The position numbers and the translations under genes were made by a program. A stretch of DNA of 29,615 nt. Origin: a virus. Lineage: Duplodnaviria; Heunggongvirae; Uroviricota; Caudoviricetes. The notes beneath the pieces are model-generated. The model was given only the letters and a program-made list of their open reading frames with translations. It did no database searches and was not told where the DNA came from. Shown here one piece after another: positions 27,749 through 29,615 of the stretch. Position 1 is the stretch's first letter, and every line of letters begins with the position of its first letter. The DNA lies in the IMG/VR virus record IMGVR_UViG_2654587686_000021, positions 1-29,615 of that record; one strand, given 5' to 3'.

Positions 27749-28198
27749 ATGAGAGAATTAGCCACTTTTCTCTGGAAATGCGTCCTCTGGATTCTGTTGA
27801 CCTATGCAGCGACAAAACTGTTTAAACCGATGAAGCATGCTGACGTACTCACAACAGCGGGGGTGCTCTCGACTATATCAGGCATCCTGTTTGGTTTTGT
27901 TCTGGCTGCAATATCTATATTTAGTAGTGCAAACAGCGATAAGGAAGGAGCAATTAATGCCCTTAAGCAAAACAACGTGTTACCAACTCTGGTAAATAGA
28001 TTACTTTCAACAGGGTTAACTCTCATCGTCGCATGTATATTTCCATTGATAGCGATGTTTCTACCTGATGATGTTATTGTTGCGGGCAAACCTATTGATT
28101 TCCTGTTCATACTGTTAGGCTTATCCTCCCTTATAATTTCGCTATATACCTTCGGAAGGTGTTGGTTAGTGTTACGAAAAATCTTCCCCCACTTGTGA
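27749..28198 (+). CDS. Small polytopic membrane protein (four predicted TM helices), second gene of the cassette
   Basis: GGAGGA ribosome-binding site 4-5 nt upstream of ATG 27749 (ORF-track start 27737 is 12 nt further up). Hydrophobic segments FLWKCVLWILLTYAATKLF, VLTTAGVLSTISGILFGFVLAAISIFSS, LLSTGLTLIVACIFPLIAMFL, IDFLFILLGLSSLIISLYTF. Confidence 0.65.
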   Translation: MRELATFLWKCVLWILLTYAATKLFKPMKHADVLTTAGVLSTISGILFGFVLAAISIFSSANSDKEGAINALKQNNVLPTLVNRLLSTGLTLIVACIFPLIAMFLPDDVIVAGKPIDFLFILLGLSSLIISLYTFGRCWLVLRKIFPHL

Positions 28199-28226
28199 CA
28201 GGTTGGCCTCATATGGGGCCAACCTG
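28199..28226. terminator. 10-bp perfect hairpin between convergent cassette and Q genes
   Basis: caggttggcc tcatatgg ggccaacctg, directly after the cassette stop codon (28196-28198) and before the Q stop (28234). Confidence 0.4.
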
Positions 28227-28233
28227 TGCAACC

Positions 28234-28602
28234 CTAAGCGTCCATTTCAAGGTTAAAATCCAACATTGAAAGGCAACCATCAATAAATCCTTCGGCTAGT
28301 TGTATTTCTATGCGTACCAATTTTTCATCCTTTCCACGCACCTTTGCAATCTTACGCTTGGATATTCTGTATAAATAATGTGCCACAAGCAGCGAGTGCT
28401 CATCTGGCTTTTTTTGCTTTAGACGAGCAAGACAACCTTCAATAATTAATGCATCACTATCTGAACAAGCCTGACGTGTTTTGCTTGTGTAGGGAAGAAG
28501 CCCCTTAAACCCAGCAGCTATAGGCGAATAGTCTACTCCAGAACTATCACTCGCCGCCCATGCTCCCCAACGCTCCAGAACCATCTGAATATCACGCATC
28601 AA
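28234..28602 (-). CDS. Late-gene antitermination protein Q (QuuD-like)
   Basis: MRDIQMVLERWGAWAA...IAAGFKGLL N-terminus matches prophage Q antiterminators (QuuD-like) as I recall them; lies between the nin region and the lysis genes. Confidence 0.8.
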   Translation of the reverse strand: MMRDIQMVLERWGAWAASDSSGVDYSPIAAGFKGLLPYTSKTRQACSDSDALIIEGCLARLKQKKPDEHSLLVAHYLYRISKRKIAKVRGKDEKLVRIEIQLAEGFIDGCLSMLDFNLEMDA

Positions 28603-28616
28603 CTTTCTCCACCAAA

Positions 28617-29522
28617 TCAGGCCAACACCCCAATCGCCAGCGCGCGATCGATAAAACGAAATATCAGCTCCAGTTGGGAGCCATACTTCTCTTCAAATGC
28701 CACGGTATCCGCATGCAGCTCGTCGTGATGCTTTCTGCACAAAGGCAACACAAAGAGGTCATGCGCTTTTGTACCCATTCCACCCTGACCGTGACCTATC
28801 AGGTGGTGGGGATCATCAGCAGGCTTTCCACAACATGCACACGGCTGTGTCTTAACCCAGCGCGTGTACTTTTCATTAACCCAGCGGCGGCGTTTTGGGC
28901 GTAACATAAAAGACTCCAGCGACTCCGGATCCACTTTCAGCGCCAGCACCTTTTTCGCTTTATCCTGGATAATGCTGGTGGCAGGAACCGAAGGCACAAG
29001 GTCACTTTCCCGGGTGACCGCCTGCACAACAGGCTTCGGTAATCTCAGTGCCTTACGGGCTGCACTTTCCGGTAAGGCATCCGCCAGGTCATTACGAATC
29101 AGCCACCAGCACAGTTCCGGTATTGTCACAACGTGACTATCATCAAAACCGAGATCCCGACGCACAACAGACAACACCCAGCGGGCACAGTTATCCGTTG
29201 CCATTGATTCCAGCCGTTCCGTGAACTGATCGCGCAGCTGGTTATCGCAGTGCCAGCACAAACGGATTGCGCCCGGAGCGTGTCGCATTGTTGTCATGTT
29301 CTCGCTGTGCCAGTCGGAATGAGGCCACTGGCAGCCTTTTTCACGAAGTAACCAGCTTTCAAGACATTCCACGCCACCAGCACGACGGATCACTGCCTCA
29401 TTGCGGAATACGGCCCGAACGGCAGGATCATCCGCCAGCGGTTGTGATGCCGCCGGAACGGCACCACTGGCGAAAGATGAATAACGTTCCGGCTCAGGCT
29501 CCAGCAGGACACGCCCCTGCAT
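28617..29522 (-). CDS. Lambdoid nin-region protein with C-terminal Cys/His-rich HNH-like motif (DUF968/YdfU-like, from memory)
   Basis: 301 aa; C-terminus CACCGKPADDPHHLIGHGQGGMGTKAHDLFVLPLCRKHHDELH; immediately upstream of Q. Confidence 0.5.
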   Translation of the reverse strand: MQGRVLLEPEPERYSSFASGAVPAASQPLADDPAVRAVFRNEAVIRRAGGVECLESWLLREKGCQWPHSDWHSENMTTMRHAPGAIRLCWHCDNQLRDQFTERLESMATDNCARWVLSVVRRDLGFDDSHVVTIPELCWWLIRNDLADALPESAARKALRLPKPVVQAVTRESDLVPSVPATSIIQDKAKKVLALKVDPESLESFMLRPKRRRWVNEKYTRWVKTQPCACCGKPADDPHHLIGHGQGGMGTKAHDLFVLPLCRKHHDELHADTVAFEEKYGSQLELIFRFIDRALAIGVLA

Positions 29523-29528
29523 AAACCT

Positions 29529-29559
29529 GTCTCTTGATCAGATCTCCTGATCAAGAGAC
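29529..29559. repeat. Perfect 13-bp inverted repeat with 5-bp spacer (gtctcttgatcag atctc ctgatcaagagac)
   Basis: Seen directly; spans the stop codon of the upstream partial ORF and lies 7 bp from the ATG of the DUF968-like gene. Confidence 0.7.
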
Positions 29560-29615
29560 TTCATCACCAGGTAACCCTCAACCATATCCTGAAGTCTGAA
29601 CCAGCCATCCCACAT
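29538..29615 (-). CDS. Small or partial ORF at window edge (MWDGWFRLQDMVEGYLVMKSLDQEI)
   Basis: In frame from an ATG at the last three bases of the window to a TGA inside the palindrome; may be the 3' end of a longer gene continuing past the window. Confidence 0.25.
   Translation of the reverse strand: MWDGWFRLQDMVEGYLVMKSLDQEI

Noticed and set aside
27127-28212. Minus-strand ORFs antisense to the two-gene cassette (27127-27333, 27802-28212)
   Set aside because: The plus-strand genes have ribosome-binding sites and coherent hydrophobicity patterns; the antisense frames are probably AT-rich artefacts, though antisense late transcription through this region cannot be excluded.

Overview
The whole window reads as the late/right half of a mosaic prophage of enterobacterial type, with almost all genes on the minus strand. 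The backbone, from high to low coordinates, is: a lambdoid nin-region protein and antiterminator Q; a lambda-type lysis cassette (S-family holin, R transglycosylase, Rz with embedded Rz1); an HNH endonuclease with small and large terminase; HK97-type portal, prohead protease and major capsid; head-tail joining genes; a Mu-like contractile tail module (sheath, tube, frameshifted chaperone, tape measure, Mu N/P-like proteins, baseplate V/W/J, YmfQ-like); and an e14-type tail-fibre inversion switch with a Pin-family invertase. Four visibly AT-rich insertions (morons) interrupt this GC-rich backbone: (1) an EcoRII-like restriction-modification pair plus an orphan GIY-YIG nuclease beyond the invertase; (2) a signal-anchored protein between tape measure and Mu N-like gene; (3) a 252-aa protein between the lysis cassette and the HNH/terminase; (4) a two-gene plus-strand cassette, a soluble 313-aa protein followed by a 4-TM 149-aa membrane protein, inserted antisense between Q and the holin. 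Cassette (4) is my best candidate for an undescribed system; its architecture resembles lambda RexA/RexB abortive infection modules, but I cannot confirm homology without a search. All product calls rest on my recognition of the translated sequences and on gene order; no database search was run and base-composition statements are by eye.
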